A stretch of DNA of 64,000 nucleotides from an uncultured Gammaproteobacteria bacterium (GTDB lineage: Bacteria > Pseudomonadota > Gammaproteobacteria > DRLM01): positions 210,118 through 274,117 of the forward strand of contig CAVSNY010000005.1 in the NCBI GenBank assembly GCA_963729605.1. The letters run 5' to 3'. A program made the translations under genes and the position numbers. Under the pieces are notes generated by a model. That model saw only the letters and a list, made by a program, of their open reading frames with translations, searched no databases and had not been told where the DNA came from. Below, piece after piece: positions 12,248 through 21,547 of the stretch; positions within the stretch are counted from its first letter, which is position 1, and every line of letters begins with the position of its first letter.

Positions 12248-13122
12248 CCTCCGCGGACCTGGGCCATGACTTCTTCGGCGAAGTTTTCCGATTTCTTCTC
12301 GATACCTTCGCCCACTTCAAAACGCACGAAGCCGGTAACGACGGCGTTGTGCTGTTTCGCCAATTGCTCCACGGTTTGATCGGGGTTCTTGACGAAGGGC
12401 TGGCCGAGCAGGGTGATCTCGCGCAGGAACTTGCCGATCCGGCCCATCACCATCTTCTCGACGATGTCGGCGGGTTTGCCGCTGTCGGCGGCCTGCGCCG
12501 TATAAATCTCTTTTTCCTTGGCGATCACGTCGGCGGGCACGTCGTTGGGACCGAGCGCCACCGGCTTGCTCGCCGCCACATGCATGGCGATGTCCTTGGC
12601 CAAGGCTTCGTCGCCGCCCTTGACGCCCACCAGCACGCCGATGCGGCTGCCGTGCAGGTACATGCCGACCTTGCCGCCCTCATTGTTCAGCAGATGGAAG
12701 CGGCGTACCGAAATGTTCTCGCCGAGTTTGGCGATCAGCGCGCGACGCACCTCCTCCACGCTGCCGCCGCCGATGGGCAGGCCCATCACCTCGTCCACGG
12801 TGGCGGGCGACTTGGCCAACGCGGCCTGGGTCAGCTCGCCGGCGAATTTGATGAAGTCGTCGGCCTTGGCCACGAAGTCGGTCTCGCAGTTCACTTCGAC
12901 GATGACGCCGCGCGTACCGTCCGCGCTCACCGCCGCCACCACCGTGCCTTCGGCCGCCACCCGGCCGGCCTTCTTGTCGGCCTTGGCCAGGCCGGACTTG
13001 CGCATCGCCTCCACCGCGGCTTCGATGTCGCCGCCGGTTTCGGTCAAGGCCTTCTTGCATTCCATCATGCCGGACCCGGTGCGCTCACGCAGTTCTTTGA
13101 CCAGCGCCGCAGTAATTTCCAT
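12244..13122 (-). CDS. tsf: elongation factor Ts
   Basis: [29 protein letters not shown]. Confidence 0.98.
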   Translation of the reverse strand: MEITAALVKELRERTGSGMMECKKALTETGGDIEAAVEAMRKSGLAKADKKAGRVAAEGTVVAAVSADGTRGVIVEVNCETDFVAKADDFIKFAGELTQAALAKSPATVDEVMGLPIGGGSVEEVRRALIAKLGENISVRRFHLLNNEGGKVGMYLHGSRIGVLVGVKGGDEALAKDIAMHVAASKPVALGPNDVPADVIAKEKEIYTAQAADSGKPADIVEKMVMGRIGKFLREITLLGQPFVKNPDQTVEQLAKQHNAVVTGFVRFEVGEGIEKKSENFAEEVMAQVRGG

Positions 13123-13275
13123 AGTCCTAACCTCTCTTGCTTAAATCTTTGAAAAGGGATGATCGGCGGCGCCACCGCCGTCCGCATCGTCACGCCCGCC
13201 GCGCATCGGCGCCGGCGCGACTCATTATCCGAAACCGCGCGGGAAGGGACCGGCCCTCCCCGCGCGTCGTTCGAT

Positions 13276-14118
13276 TTACCCCGCGTCTTCCGCGTCGACG
13301 GCGCCGGCCTGTTGCAGCGCGCTGGCCGTCCGTTTGGGTTTCTTGATGGTTTGTTTCACGCCGGGTTCGGCGGCGGGGCCTTTGGCGACGTGGTCATCCA
13401 TTTCGACGAACTCATCGCCGGGGGAGGTTTGCAGCGCCACCGCCTTGCCGTTGACCACCGCGTCGGCCACGCCGCGCACATACAGTTGCACCGCGCGCAC
13501 CGCGTCGTCGTTGCCGGGGATGATGTAGTCGATGTGCTCGGGGCTGTTATTGGTGTCCACCACGCCGATCACCGGGATACCCAGTTTCTTGGCCTCGGCC
13601 ACCGCGATGTTCTCGTTGCCGACGTCGATCACGAACAGGGCGTCGGGCAGGCCGGGCATGTCTTTGATACCGCCCAGGCTGCGTTCCAGCTTCTCCAGTT
13701 CGCGGCTGAGGCCCAGGGCCTCTTTCTTGCTGAAGCGGTCCAGGCTGCCGTCTTGGCGCATGGCGTCCAGCTCTTTCAAACGGCGGATCGATTGACGGAT
13801 GGTCTTGAAGTTGGTGAGCATGCCGCCCAGCCAGCGCTGGTTGACGTAAGGCATGCCGCAACGCTTGGCCTCTTCCTCGATGGCCTGCTGCGCGGAACGC
13901 TTGGTGCCGACGAACAGGATGGTGCCCTTCTTGGACGCCAGACCGCTGATGAAATTGGTGGCCTCCTCGAAGAGGGGCAGGGTCTTTTCCAGATTGATGA
14001 TGTGAATCTTGTTGCGGTCCCCGAAAATATACTGGGCCATTTTGGGATGCCAGTAACGGGTCTGGTGACCGAAGTGCACGCCGGCCTCAAGCATTTGGCG
14101 CATGGAAACAGTAGCCAT
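13276..14118 (-). CDS. rpsB: 30S ribosomal protein S2
   Basis: [31 protein letters not shown]; GAGGAG RBS before ATG 14118. Confidence 0.98.
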   Translation of the reverse strand: MATVSMRQMLEAGVHFGHQTRYWHPKMAQYIFGDRNKIHIINLEKTLPLFEEATNFISGLASKKGTILFVGTKRSAQQAIEEEAKRCGMPYVNQRWLGGMLTNFKTIRQSIRRLKELDAMRQDGSLDRFSKKEALGLSRELEKLERSLGGIKDMPGLPDALFVIDVGNENIAVAEAKKLGIPVIGVVDTNNSPEHIDYIIPGNDDAVRAVQLYVRGVADAVVNGKAVALQTSPGDEFVEMDDHVAKGPAAEPGVKQTIKKPKRTASALQQAGAVDAEDAG

Positions 14119-14135
14119 GTAAAACTCCTCTGGTA

Positions 14136-14210
14136 GGGTTAAACCTCCATACATCCCATGCAGCAACCCGACGAGCGGGCACCCTGATGCATGTGCCGAT
14201 GTATGTGTGA
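14136..14210 (-). ncRNA. rpsB leader (t44 / S2 autoregulatory RNA)
   Basis: CACACATACATCGGCACATGCATCAGGGTGCC...GCATGGGATGTATGGAGGTTTAACCC matches the known proteobacterial t44 pattern directly upstream of rpsB. Confidence 0.85.
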
Positions 14211-14364
14211 AGTACACCGTGGACGTCGGCTTGGGCGGTATACCCCGCGCCGGCAAAGACGCCGGTTTGAAAAGTATTCGCCTCGGCCATCCGGCCACAG
14301 CAGGTATCGTTAAGTTTACGTACCGCCGGCGGGGTGAAAACACATCACCATATCCCCAGCGATC

Positions 14365-14381
14365 CGGCGCGCTTTATACCA
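14365..14381 (-). promoter_or_regulatory. rpsB promoter: extended -10 with GC-rich discriminator
   Basis: TGGTATAAA followed by GCGCGCCG, as conserved in gammaproteobacterial rpsB promoters. Confidence 0.75.
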
Positions 14382-14762
14382 TAAACCCGCCCGCCCGCTC
14401 AATAAAATTAATCTTGGACTCCGCCGCGGCCGGCGGCCGGGTCTAGGCAATAGGGCATGATCCATGGACGCGACTGCTCCGCCTTGACCGGGCACGCAGA
14501 TGCATGCCTTGGGATCGGAACGAGTTTACGGGACCCTTGCTTCATCCGGGCTTCCCGCGGCGGCGAGCCGCCCCCGTTTCCAATCCTCGAAGCGGCGGAT
14601 TGTTTCACAGCCGTTCCGCCGGGAAAACCGCCACCCGGGCGTGCGCCGCCGTTATTGCTGACACTGGCGGGCGGATAACGGTAAGATCACACCCAGGCAT
14701 CCCGGCCGGGGCAGCGTGCTCGCCCCGCTTGAATCAACTTACATGACAAATCGTTAATTCCC

Positions 14763-15530
14763 ATGAGCGTAACCATCAAAACAGCGGACGATATCGCCAA
14801 GATGCGGGTGGCGGGGCGCTTGGCGGCGGAAGTGCTGCACATGATCCGCCCCTACGTGCAGGCCGGCGTCACCACCGAGGAACTGGACCAGCGTTGCCAC
14901 GACTATATCGTCAAGGTCCAACAGGCCATCCCGGCGCCGCTCAACTACCACGGCTTCCCCAAATCCATCTGCACCTCGGTCAATCACCAGGTCTGCCACG
15001 GCATCCCCGGCAAAAAGCGCCTCAAGCACGGCGACATCGTCAATATCGACGTCACCGTCATCAAGGACGGTTTTCACGGCGACACCAGCAAGATGTTCTT
15101 CGTCGGCGAACCCGGCCCCCTCGCCCGCCGCCTGGTGCAAGTCACCTATGAATGCATGCGGATCGGCATCGAGATGGTCAAACCGGGGGTGCGGCTGGGC
15201 GACATCGGCCACGCGATCCAGCAACACGCCGAGTCCCATAACTACTCCATCGTGCGGGAATACTGCGGCCACGGCATCGGCCGCCAGTTTCACGAAGACC
15301 CGCAAGTGCTGCACTACGGCAAGCCCGGCACCGGCCTGCCGCTGGAGGCGGGCATGACCTTCACCATCGAACCGATGGTCAACGCCGGCAAACGCCATGT
15401 GAAATTGCTGCCCGACAATTGGACGGTGGTCACCAAGGATCACAGCCTGTCGGCCCAATGGGAGCACACCCTGCTGGTGACCGACAGCGGTGTCGAGGTG
15501 TTCACCAAATGCCCGGACGACGACATTTGA
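14763..15530 (+). CDS. map: methionine aminopeptidase type I
   Basis: CHGIP, VNIDVT, HGDTS, YCGHGIG..FHE, TIEPM, SAQWEHT; divergent from rpsB. Confidence 0.97.
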   Translation: MSVTIKTADDIAKMRVAGRLAAEVLHMIRPYVQAGVTTEELDQRCHDYIVKVQQAIPAPLNYHGFPKSICTSVNHQVCHGIPGKKRLKHGDIVNIDVTVIKDGFHGDTSKMFFVGEPGPLARRLVQVTYECMRIGIEMVKPGVRLGDIGHAIQQHAESHNYSIVREYCGHGIGRQFHEDPQVLHYGKPGTGLPLEAGMTFTIEPMVNAGKRHVKLLPDNWTVVTKDHSLSAQWEHTLLVTDSGVEVFTKCPDDDI

Positions 15531-18214
15531 CCGATCCCACCGCCGCGACCGGCGCGCCCGTCGCCGTCTTTGACGATCCCGCCCTGGCGGCGGCCCTCGC
15601 CGAGGGCGGCGCGGCGGCGATCAAACTCTTTCGCGACGCGCTCAAACTCGCCAATCAGCAGCTCAAGAATGATTTTCTCGGCGGCACGCCCGCGCAACAA
15701 TTGGTGCCCCGCCGCGCCGCGCTCGTGGATGGGTTGCTGCAAAAAATCTGGCCTCATTGGTTCGCGGCCTATGACGACGGCGTGGCGCTGGTGGCGGTGG
15801 GCGGCTACGGTCGCGGCGAACTGCATCCGGGCTCCGACATCGATTTGCAGATCCTCGTCGAGCCGGACGGCGACACGGCCCTGCGCGGCCAATTGGAAGA
15901 GTTCCTCACCTTTCTCTGGGACATCGGCCTGGAAGTCGGCCACAGCGTGCGCAGCGTGGCGGAGTGCGCCGAAGAGGCGAAAAAAGACATCACCGTCGCC
16001 ACCAATCTGATGGAGGCGCGCCACCTGGCGGGCGCGGCCGCTTTGTACGAGGCCATGCGCGAGGCGGTGAGTCCGCCGCGCATCTGGTCCAGCCTGGCCT
16101 TCTTTCAGGCCAAGCTGCTGGAGCAGATCAACCGCCATCACAAATACCACGACACCGCGTACAACCTCGAACCCAACATCAAGGAAGGGCCCGGCGGCCT
16201 GCGCGATATTCAAGTGATAGGCTGGGTGGCCAAACGCCATTTCGGCGCGGCGACGCTGCACGATCTGGTCGATCACCAGTTTCTCACCGAGGCCGAATAT
16301 CAGACCCTGATCGAGGGCCAGAATTTTTTGTGGCAGGTGCGCTTCGCCCTGCACACCCTCACCGGCCGCCGCGAAGACCGCTTGCTGTTCGACTACCAGC
16401 GCAGCCTCGCCAATCAATTCGGCTTTCGCGACGGTGGCCCCAGCCTCGCCGTCGAACAATTCATGAAGCAGTACTACCGCACGGTGATGGAGCTGAGCCG
16501 GCTCAACGAAATGCTGTTGCAGCTGTTCGAGGAGGCGATACTCTACGCCGCCGATCCCGGCGAACCGACGCCGCTCAACAAACGCTTCCAGCGCCGCAAG
16601 GGTTTCATCGAAGCGGTGAACGATGAGGTGTTTCACCGCTATCCCTTCGCGCTGCTGGAAATCTTCCTGCTGATCGAACAACACCGCGAACTCAAAGGCG
16701 TGCGCGCCGCGACCATTCGCCTGATCCGCAATCACGCCCACCTCATCGACGACAAATTCCGCAACGACCTGCGCAATCGCACGCTGTTCATGGAAATCCT
16801 GCGTCAGCCGCACGGGGTGAGCGAACAACTGCGCCGCATGAACCGTTACGGCGTGCTGGCGGCCTACCTGCCGGCCTTCGGCAAGATCGTCGGCCTGATG
16901 CAATATGATTTATTCCACGTCTATACCGTGGACGAGCACACGCTTACACTGATCCGCAATCTGCGCCGCTTCACCCGCCCCGAATACGCCAAGGAATTTC
17001 CGCTGTGCAGCGAGATCATGCAGCAGCACATTCCCAAACCGGAGCTGTTGTATCTCGCCGCGCTGTTTCACGACATCGCCAAGGGCCGCGGCGGCGATCA
17101 CTCCGAACTCGGCGAACAGGAGGCGCTGCAATTCTGCCTGCATCACGGCCTGAGCCAATACGACGCGCGACTGGTGGCCTGGCTGGTGCGCCATCACCTC
17201 GTCATGTCGATGACCTCGCAGCGCAAGGACATCAGCGACCCGGACGTCATCAATGAATTCGCCGCCATCGTGCGCAGCCCGACGCAGCTGAATTACCTGT
17301 ACCTGCTCACCATCGCCGACATCCGCGGCACCAATCCCTCGCTGTGGAACAGCTGGAAAGACACGCTGCTGCTGGAACTCTACACCTCCACCATGCGCGT
17401 CATCCGCCGCGGCCTGGACAATCACATCGACCAGAGCGAACATGTCGCCGCGATGCGCGCCGAGGCGCGGCAACTGCTGCTTACCTACGGCAACAATGAC
17501 CAAGCCATCGAACGAGCGTGGCTGAATTTCTCCGAAGAATATTTTTTGCGCTATACCGCCGATGAAATCGCCTGGCATACCCAAGGCATCATACAAAGCG
17601 TCCCCGCCGAACTGCCGCTGATTCTGGTACGGCACCAGACCAAACGCGGCGGCACGGAAATCTTCATTCACACCCCGATCGACGACCGGCTGTTCGCGCG
17701 CACCACCCACGCCCTCGATCAAATGGGCCTCAACATCGTCGATGCGCGCATCATCGGTTCGCGCGACGGCCTGACCCTCGATACCTACATCGTGCTCGAA
17801 GACACCGGCCAGCCGATCAGCAATCCGTATCGCATCGAAGACATCTTCAGCAAACTGCGCGAGTGTCTGACCCGTCTCGACCGCGAGCCGGCCGTGACCC
17901 GCCGCCAGCCGCGCCAGTTCAAACACTTCGCCATACCCACCAAAGTTTCCTTTAGCGCCGACGAGCGCAACCAAAAAACCGTGATGGAACTGATGACCAT
18001 CGATCGCCCCGGCCTGTTGTCGCGGATAGGCCAGGCGCTGATGGAATGCGGCGCGCGCCTGCACAACGCCAAGATCGCGACGTTCGGCGCGCGGGTCGAG
18101 GACATCTTCCACATCACCGATCAGGACAACAAACCGCTATCGCGCGACGAACAATTCCAGTGTCTGCGCGCGGCCATCGTCCGTTACCTCGACACCCCGG
18201 CGCAGGATCGCTGA
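15527..18214 (+). CDS. glnD: [protein-PII] uridylyltransferase
   Basis: AVGGYGRGELHPGSDIDL, EPNIKEGPGGLRD, HD domain (FHDIAKGRGGDHS), C-terminal ACT domains; TTG start overlapping the map stop is inferred. Confidence 0.96.
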   Translation: MTDPTAATGAPVAVFDDPALAAALAEGGAAAIKLFRDALKLANQQLKNDFLGGTPAQQLVPRRAALVDGLLQKIWPHWFAAYDDGVALVAVGGYGRGELHPGSDIDLQILVEPDGDTALRGQLEEFLTFLWDIGLEVGHSVRSVAECAEEAKKDITVATNLMEARHLAGAAALYEAMREAVSPPRIWSSLAFFQAKLLEQINRHHKYHDTAYNLEPNIKEGPGGLRDIQVIGWVAKRHFGAATLHDLVDHQFLTEAEYQTLIEGQNFLWQVRFALHTLTGRREDRLLFDYQRSLANQFGFRDGGPSLAVEQFMKQYYRTVMELSRLNEMLLQLFEEAILYAADPGEPTPLNKRFQRRKGFIEAVNDEVFHRYPFALLEIFLLIEQHRELKGVRAATIRLIRNHAHLIDDKFRNDLRNRTLFMEILRQPHGVSEQLRRMNRYGVLAAYLPAFGKIVGLMQYDLFHVYTVDEHTLTLIRNLRRFTRPEYAKEFPLCSEIMQQHIPKPELLYLAALFHDIAKGRGGDHSELGEQEALQFCLHHGLSQYDARLVAWLVRHHLVMSMTSQRKDISDPDVINEFAAIVRSPTQLNYLYLLTIADIRGTNPSLWNSWKDTLLLELYTSTMRVIRRGLDNHIDQSEHVAAMRAEARQLLLTYGNNDQAIERAWLNFSEEYFLRYTADEIAWHTQGIIQSVPAELPLILVRHQTKRGGTEIFIHTPIDDRLFARTTHALDQMGLNIVDARIIGSRDGLTLDTYIVLEDTGQPISNPYRIEDIFSKLRECLTRLDREPAVTRRQPRQFKHFAIPTKVSFSADERNQKTVMELMTIDRPGLLSRIGQALMECGARLHNAKIATFGARVEDIFHITDQDNKPLSRDEQFQCLRAAIVRYLDTPAQDR

Positions 18215-18222
18215 CCGCCCGC

Positions 18223-18843
18223 ATGATCCGCCCCGCGCCCGCCGCTCCGCTACGTTGGTTGCAAGACTATGGCCTGCCCGCGCTGTTGACGCTGGCATCC
18301 TTGCTGATCGCCCTGCTCGGCGACAATGCGGCAGTTGCGTTGCGTTATGAACGCGATTCGATCCTCGCCGGCGAAGTGTGGCGCCTCATCACCGGCCACC
18401 TCGTGCATCTCAGCTGGTCGCACCTGTGGCTCAACCTCGGCGGATTGGCGCTGATCTGGTTTTTATTTCACCGCCAACTCAGCGCCGGAACGTGGTGGCT
18501 GGTGTTGTTGGTGAGCAGCCTGGCGGTGAGCGGTGGCTTTTTATTATTCGATCCCGATCTCGGATGGTACGTGGGTTTATCCGGCGTGCTGCACGGCCTC
18601 TTCATGGCCGGCTTGATCGTCGGACTGCGCGCCGGCGCGTGGGGCGACTGGCTGTTGCTGAGCGCGGTAGTGATCAAACTGATCTGGGAACAACTCTACG
18701 GCGCCCTGCCCGGCAGCACCGAGGCCGCGGGCGGCAACGTCATCGTCGACGCGCATTTGTACGGTGCGATCGGCGGCGCGGCGGTCGCGCTGGCATTGCG
18801 GCTGTATCGACGGGGCAAAAGTGGTGAACGAGTCAATAATTGA
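18223..18843 (+). CDS. rrtA: rhombosortase (rhomboid-family GlyGly-CTERM protease)
   Basis: WRLITGHLVH..HLWLN, YVGLSGVLHG and AHLYG motifs of the rhombosortase subfamily. Confidence 0.82.
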   Translation: MIRPAPAAPLRWLQDYGLPALLTLASLLIALLGDNAAVALRYERDSILAGEVWRLITGHLVHLSWSHLWLNLGGLALIWFLFHRQLSAGTWWLVLLVSSLAVSGGFLLFDPDLGWYVGLSGVLHGLFMAGLIVGLRAGAWGDWLLLSAVVIKLIWEQLYGALPGSTEAAGGNVIVDAHLYGAIGGAAVALALRLYRRGKSGERVNN

Positions 18844-18873
18844 AACATGGGCTGCTCCGCGCATCTTCTCACA

Positions 18874-18921
18874 GGGTAACAGCGGCGGCGGCGAAGCCGT
18901 CCGCAGCACCTAAAGTTAGGC
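18874..18921 (-). repeat. degenerate attC site
   Basis: GCCTAAC-TTTAGGTGCTGCGGACGGCTTCGCCGCCGCCGCT-GTTACCC; the ORF stop lies in the R'' box, the right arm is eroded. Confidence 0.55.
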
Positions 18922-19323
18922 ATCACTCGGCTTTGCCCCCGGAAACCATTCAACGTGCTGATCGCCCTGGCGGCCAAGATAGGTAACTCGCTGGCCACGA
19001 AGGAACGCGAAGTATCCTTGAACGCCTGCGCGAATAGCGCGTTCGCAGAATGCCCGAAACTTTTGCCCATGCTGTTGGCTATCGAGGATTGCGGCTTTGA
19101 GAGCAGTTACGTCAAAGTCCTCGGAAATCAACGGCAGCTTCTCGAATGGAAGTGAGGCCGTTACTGCAGAACCTGAGGCACTGTAAAAGGTAAAGGAGTT
19201 TGTAGCGTAATCCACATGATAGTACTCAACACCTTCGGCAATGAGCTTGCCAACGATTTGAGGAAAAGGCATTGAGCCATCCAAGGTAGCTTTGGCCAAT
19301 GAGCTAACTACGTTTGCGTCCAT
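18916..19323 (-). CDS. DUF1398 (YbcV-like) family protein, cassette-borne
   Basis: PFPQIVGKL...GVEYYHVDY and GVQGY...G.RVTYLGRQGD.HVEWFP pattern; GGAG RBS. Confidence 0.75.
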   Translation of the reverse strand: MDANVVSSLAKATLDGSMPFPQIVGKLIAEGVEYYHVDYATNSFTFYSASGSAVTASLPFEKLPLISEDFDVTALKAAILDSQQHGQKFRAFCERAIRAGVQGYFAFLRGQRVTYLGRQGDQHVEWFPGAKPSDA

Positions 19324-19418
19324 AACATCTCCGAGAATTGGCTGGCTGGTAGTGATGCCGGATGGCAGGCACGTCGAGAGTCAGATATGGCTTCATGTGT
19401 ATCGTGACAATCGGCATC

Positions 19419-19450
19419 CGGCGCAATGCCCTTCGGTTGTTGCGCTCTAC
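19419..19450 (-). repeat. GTAG-type REP palindrome
   Basis: GTAGAGCGCAA-CAACCGAAGGGCA-TTGCGCCG on the minus strand. Confidence 0.65.
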
Positions 19451-19474
19451 GCAGGCTCATTTCATTTTGTTGAC

Positions 19475-19543
19475 GCTGAACACCAAAGCTCAGCTGCGAC
19501 GCGAAGCGACGACAGAGGCGTCAGCTGGAGCGCCTTATTGGGC
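19475..19543 (-). repeat. attC site (69 bp)
   Basis: GCCCAAT-AAGGCG-CTCCAGCTG...CAGCTGAG-CTTTGGT-GTTCAGC; L''/L' pair with an extrahelical base. Confidence 0.8.
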
Positions 19544-19876
19544 TGCAATTATTTCAAGCTCACGAATAAGTTTCCTCAATTCTTCTTTGCCTTGAGCATT
19601 GAGCGGCGTTGAATTGTCTTTTGTGAATTCGCCCTCAATGTATTCTCGATTCTCCACAATGTGTTTGTATCGCTCGCGAATATTGTCTAGGCGCTTGTCG
19701 TATGCGATGCGAACACACGAAAACTCATCAAATGCCGCCAGACTCAAACGACCCTCGATGCTTGCGTTAATGATATTTTTTATATCCTCAGCCGACGGCC
19801 GATATGTCTTGTCGCTTTGACGTTGCATAAAATAGAAGAACGCAAAGAGCCCAACGATGCTTACGGCTAGCCACAT
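19535..19876 (-). CDS. hypothetical membrane-anchored cassette protein
   Basis: 113 aa with N-terminal TM helix; the cassette begins GTTGGGCTG and ends CAGCCCAAT (complementary). Confidence 0.75.
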   Translation of the reverse strand: MWLAVSIVGLFAFFYFMQRQSDKTYRPSAEDIKNIINASIEGRLSLAAFDEFSCVRIAYDKRLDNIRERYKHIVENREYIEGEFTKDNSTPLNAQGKEELRKLIRELEIIAAQ

Positions 19877-19887
19877 AGTCTTTTTCA

Positions 19888-20068
19888 GCCCAACTTAAAT
19901 TAGACATCCTCATTGACGTCTTATAAGGCTTCATCATGTGTTCTAAATCTTTTCCCAGGGTAAAAGTATCCTGCATATCAGCAAGAAAATAAAATTTAGG
20001 GTGCCCTAATTAGAAATGACTAATACGGCAGATCATCCACCTGAGTAGCTCGGCCAGAAAAATTGGGA
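19888..20068 (-). repeat. ~180-bp promoter/attI-like platform, copy 1
   Basis: About 90% identical to 22385-22564; ends GTCTAAT-TTAA-GTTGGGC immediately before a cassette; the -10 box is degenerate (TACCCT). Confidence 0.75.
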
Positions 20069-20069
20069 C

Positions 20070-20192
20070 AGCTCGGTAGAGCGGATGCGTGCAACGCGAT
20101 CCGCCGAATGTGAGCGCCATGTGGCTGCACTCCTAACCTATCTTGCCAAAGCCATGCGGCGGAACGCCCTTTGGGCTTCCGCCCTACGAGCT
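20070..20192. repeat. REPIN-like element, copy 1
   Basis: AGCTCGGTAGAGCGGA...TCCGCCCTACGAGCT; two inverted GTAG hairpins; 3 substitutions and 1 indel versus 21084-21205. Confidence 0.85.
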
Positions 20193-20220
20193 AAAGGAGC
20201 CAGGCTCAAATTATTTTTCT

Positions 20221-20287
20221 AAGCTCAGCCGCGTCTCCGGCGACGCGAAGCGGCGACAGGGGCGTCGGCTGGGGCGCCTTGTTGGGC
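20221..20287 (-). repeat. truncated attC site (R' box missing)
   Basis: GCCCAAC-AAGGCG-CCCCAGCC...GGCTGAG-CTT then unrelated sequence; same family as the attC at 19475 and 23016. Confidence 0.7.
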
Positions 20288-20587
20288 TGCCGCTAGTACT
20301 GCTTGCGCATGCAATTTCAAGCCTAGGGCTTCAATGACCTTGAGGATAGTATCGAAACCAGGGCTTCGTTCTCCAGAGAGTGCCTTATACAAACTTTCGC
20401 GGGAGAGACCGGCGTCACGTGCCACTTGCGACATGCCCTTGGCACGTGCGATGTCACCCAACGCCTTGGCGATAAAAGCGGCATCTCCATTTGCCTCCTC
20501 TAAGCAAGCTTCCAGATAGGCCGCCATTTCTTCCGGAGTGCGGAGGTGTTCGGCAACATCGTAACGACTAGTACGGGTCTTAGTCAT
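20225..20587 (-). CDS. addiction-module antidote protein (HigA-like HTH antitoxin)
   Basis: YDVAEHLRTPEEMAAYL...ALGDIARAKGMSQVARDAGLSRESLYKALS; the C-terminus reads into the attC. Confidence 0.9.
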   Translation of the reverse strand: MTKTRTSRYDVAEHLRTPEEMAAYLEACLEEANGDAAFIAKALGDIARAKGMSQVARDAGLSRESLYKALSGERSPGFDTILKVIEALGLKLHAQAVLAAAQQGAPADAPVAASRRRRRG

Positions 20588-20596
20588 GATGAGTTC

Positions 20597-20887
20597 CTAC
20601 ATGTTACGAGCCAAGCGCAAAGCGGTTTTGATATCACTGGTCTGGCTCCGTTTATCACCGCCCGCCAGGAGAATTAACACCGTGCGGCCATGTTTCTTGT
20701 AATACACCCGGTAGCCGGGGCCGTAATCGATGCGCATCTCCGAGACGCCTTCACCCACGGGCTTAACGTCCCCGGGATTTCCGGCCACCAAGCGTTCGAT
20801 TCGTACCAGAATACGAGCCCGAGCGCGGATATCGGGCAGGCCATCGAGCCACTTGACATAGGCTTCCGTCTTACGGATTTCAATCAT
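20597..20887 (-). CDS. addiction-module killer protein (RelE/ParE/HigB-family toxin)
   Basis: GNPGDVKPVGEGVSEMRIDYGPGYRVYY...LLAGGDK; toxin-first gene order. Confidence 0.9.
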   Translation of the reverse strand: MIEIRKTEAYVKWLDGLPDIRARARILVRIERLVAGNPGDVKPVGEGVSEMRIDYGPGYRVYYKKHGRTVLILLAGGDKRSQTSDIKTALRLARNM

Positions 20888-20893
20888 GAACCG

Positions 20894-20922
20894 AATGTAT
20901 CCATACGGCTACACACTGTCAA
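20894..20922 (-). promoter_or_regulatory. sigma70 promoter of the TA operon with overlapping operator
   Basis: TTGACA-17bp-TACATT, 6 nt before the ATG; imperfect palindrome TGTAGCC-GTAT-GGATACA. Confidence 0.75.
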
Positions 20923-20979
20923 TTTGGTGTACTGTAACTGTTTAAGTGGCGTAGGGGTAGGTTTAAACCCAATGGCTTA

Positions 20980-21012
20980 GCTGGGATTCGGCTTCGCCTC
21001 ATCCCAGCCTAC
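20980..21012 (-). repeat. GTAG-type REP palindrome
   Basis: GTAG-GCTGGGAT-GAGGCGAAGCCGA-ATCCCAGC. Confidence 0.7.
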
Positions 21013-21083
21013 GAATTTGGTGGTACGCTCGTGTGCCGGACGCATGATTTGATTGGAGATGATTCCTGTAAATTAGAACCCGC

Positions 21084-21205
21084 AGCTCGGTAGGGCGGAT
21101 GCGTGCAACGCGATCCGCCGAATGTGAGCGCCGCGTGGCTGCACTCCTAACTATCTTGCCAAAGCCATGCGGCGGAACGCCCTTTGGGCTTCCGCCCTAC
21201 GAGCT
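21084..21205. repeat. REPIN-like element, copy 2
   Basis: Near-identical direct repeat of 20070-20192; abuts and truncates the attC of the upstream cassette. Confidence 0.85.
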
Positions 21206-21217
21206 CTGATAGCGTTA

Positions 21218-21421
21218 TTAGCGTGCATACGCCAACAAACCTGAAAACTGATGCGGAGGGAAGGAATCGAACCCTCCACGTTCTCTCTTGGAAAGAATGT
21301 ATTTGATCACACAACCACCTCTCGTTTGGGTTGGAGTTTTTTCCACCAGGCTCCGCAGGAACGCAGCTCCGCACCAAACACATGCCACAACAAACTGAAC
21401 TATGGCGTTTAAGTTTTTCAT
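21218..21421 (-). CDS. possible small protein (67 aa, hydrophobic N-terminus)
   Basis: GGAGGT RBS 4 nt before the ATG; MKNLNAIVQFVVACVWCGAAFL...; the stop codon falls in the cassette R'' box. Confidence 0.4.
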   Translation of the reverse strand: MKNLNAIVQFVVACVWCGAAFLRSLVEKTPTQTRGGCVIKYILSKRERGGFDSFPPHQFSGLLAYAR

Positions 21422-21524
21422 AATTACCTCCGTCGCCGTTTCAATGAAGCTGTTTACGGAATGGTAGATGTCCAACCCAAACGAGATTTCAATGTGTGCC
21501 TCAATACAAACCCCTTTACCCAAG
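21249..21524 (-). ncRNA. candidate structured RNA (long rod plus tRNA-like T-arm/acceptor 3' end) inside a cassette
   Basis: Perfect 16-bp inverted repeat at 21320-21335/21471-21486, extended by flanking helices with G-U pairs on the minus strand; 3' GAGGG-TTCGATT-CCTTC-CCTCCGC-A-TCA. Confidence 0.5.
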
Positions 21525-21547
21525 CCATTACGATTTGATTGTTACTA

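Noticed and set aside
160-18112. Many long antisense or overlapping ORFs (e.g. 5052-6683 +, 15440-16903 -)
   Set aside because: Shadow ORFs of high-GC coding genes with no recognisable motifs.
21249-21356. Canonical tRNA or tmRNA gene
   Set aside because: A T-arm and acceptor-like strand are present, but there is no proper D-arm, the spacing is too long, the end is TCA rather than CCA, and there is no G3-U70 pair; kept only as a tRNA-like motif.
21320-21486. Retron msr-msd (a1/a2 inverted repeats)
   Set aside because: No reverse transcriptase gene in the cassette or the window.
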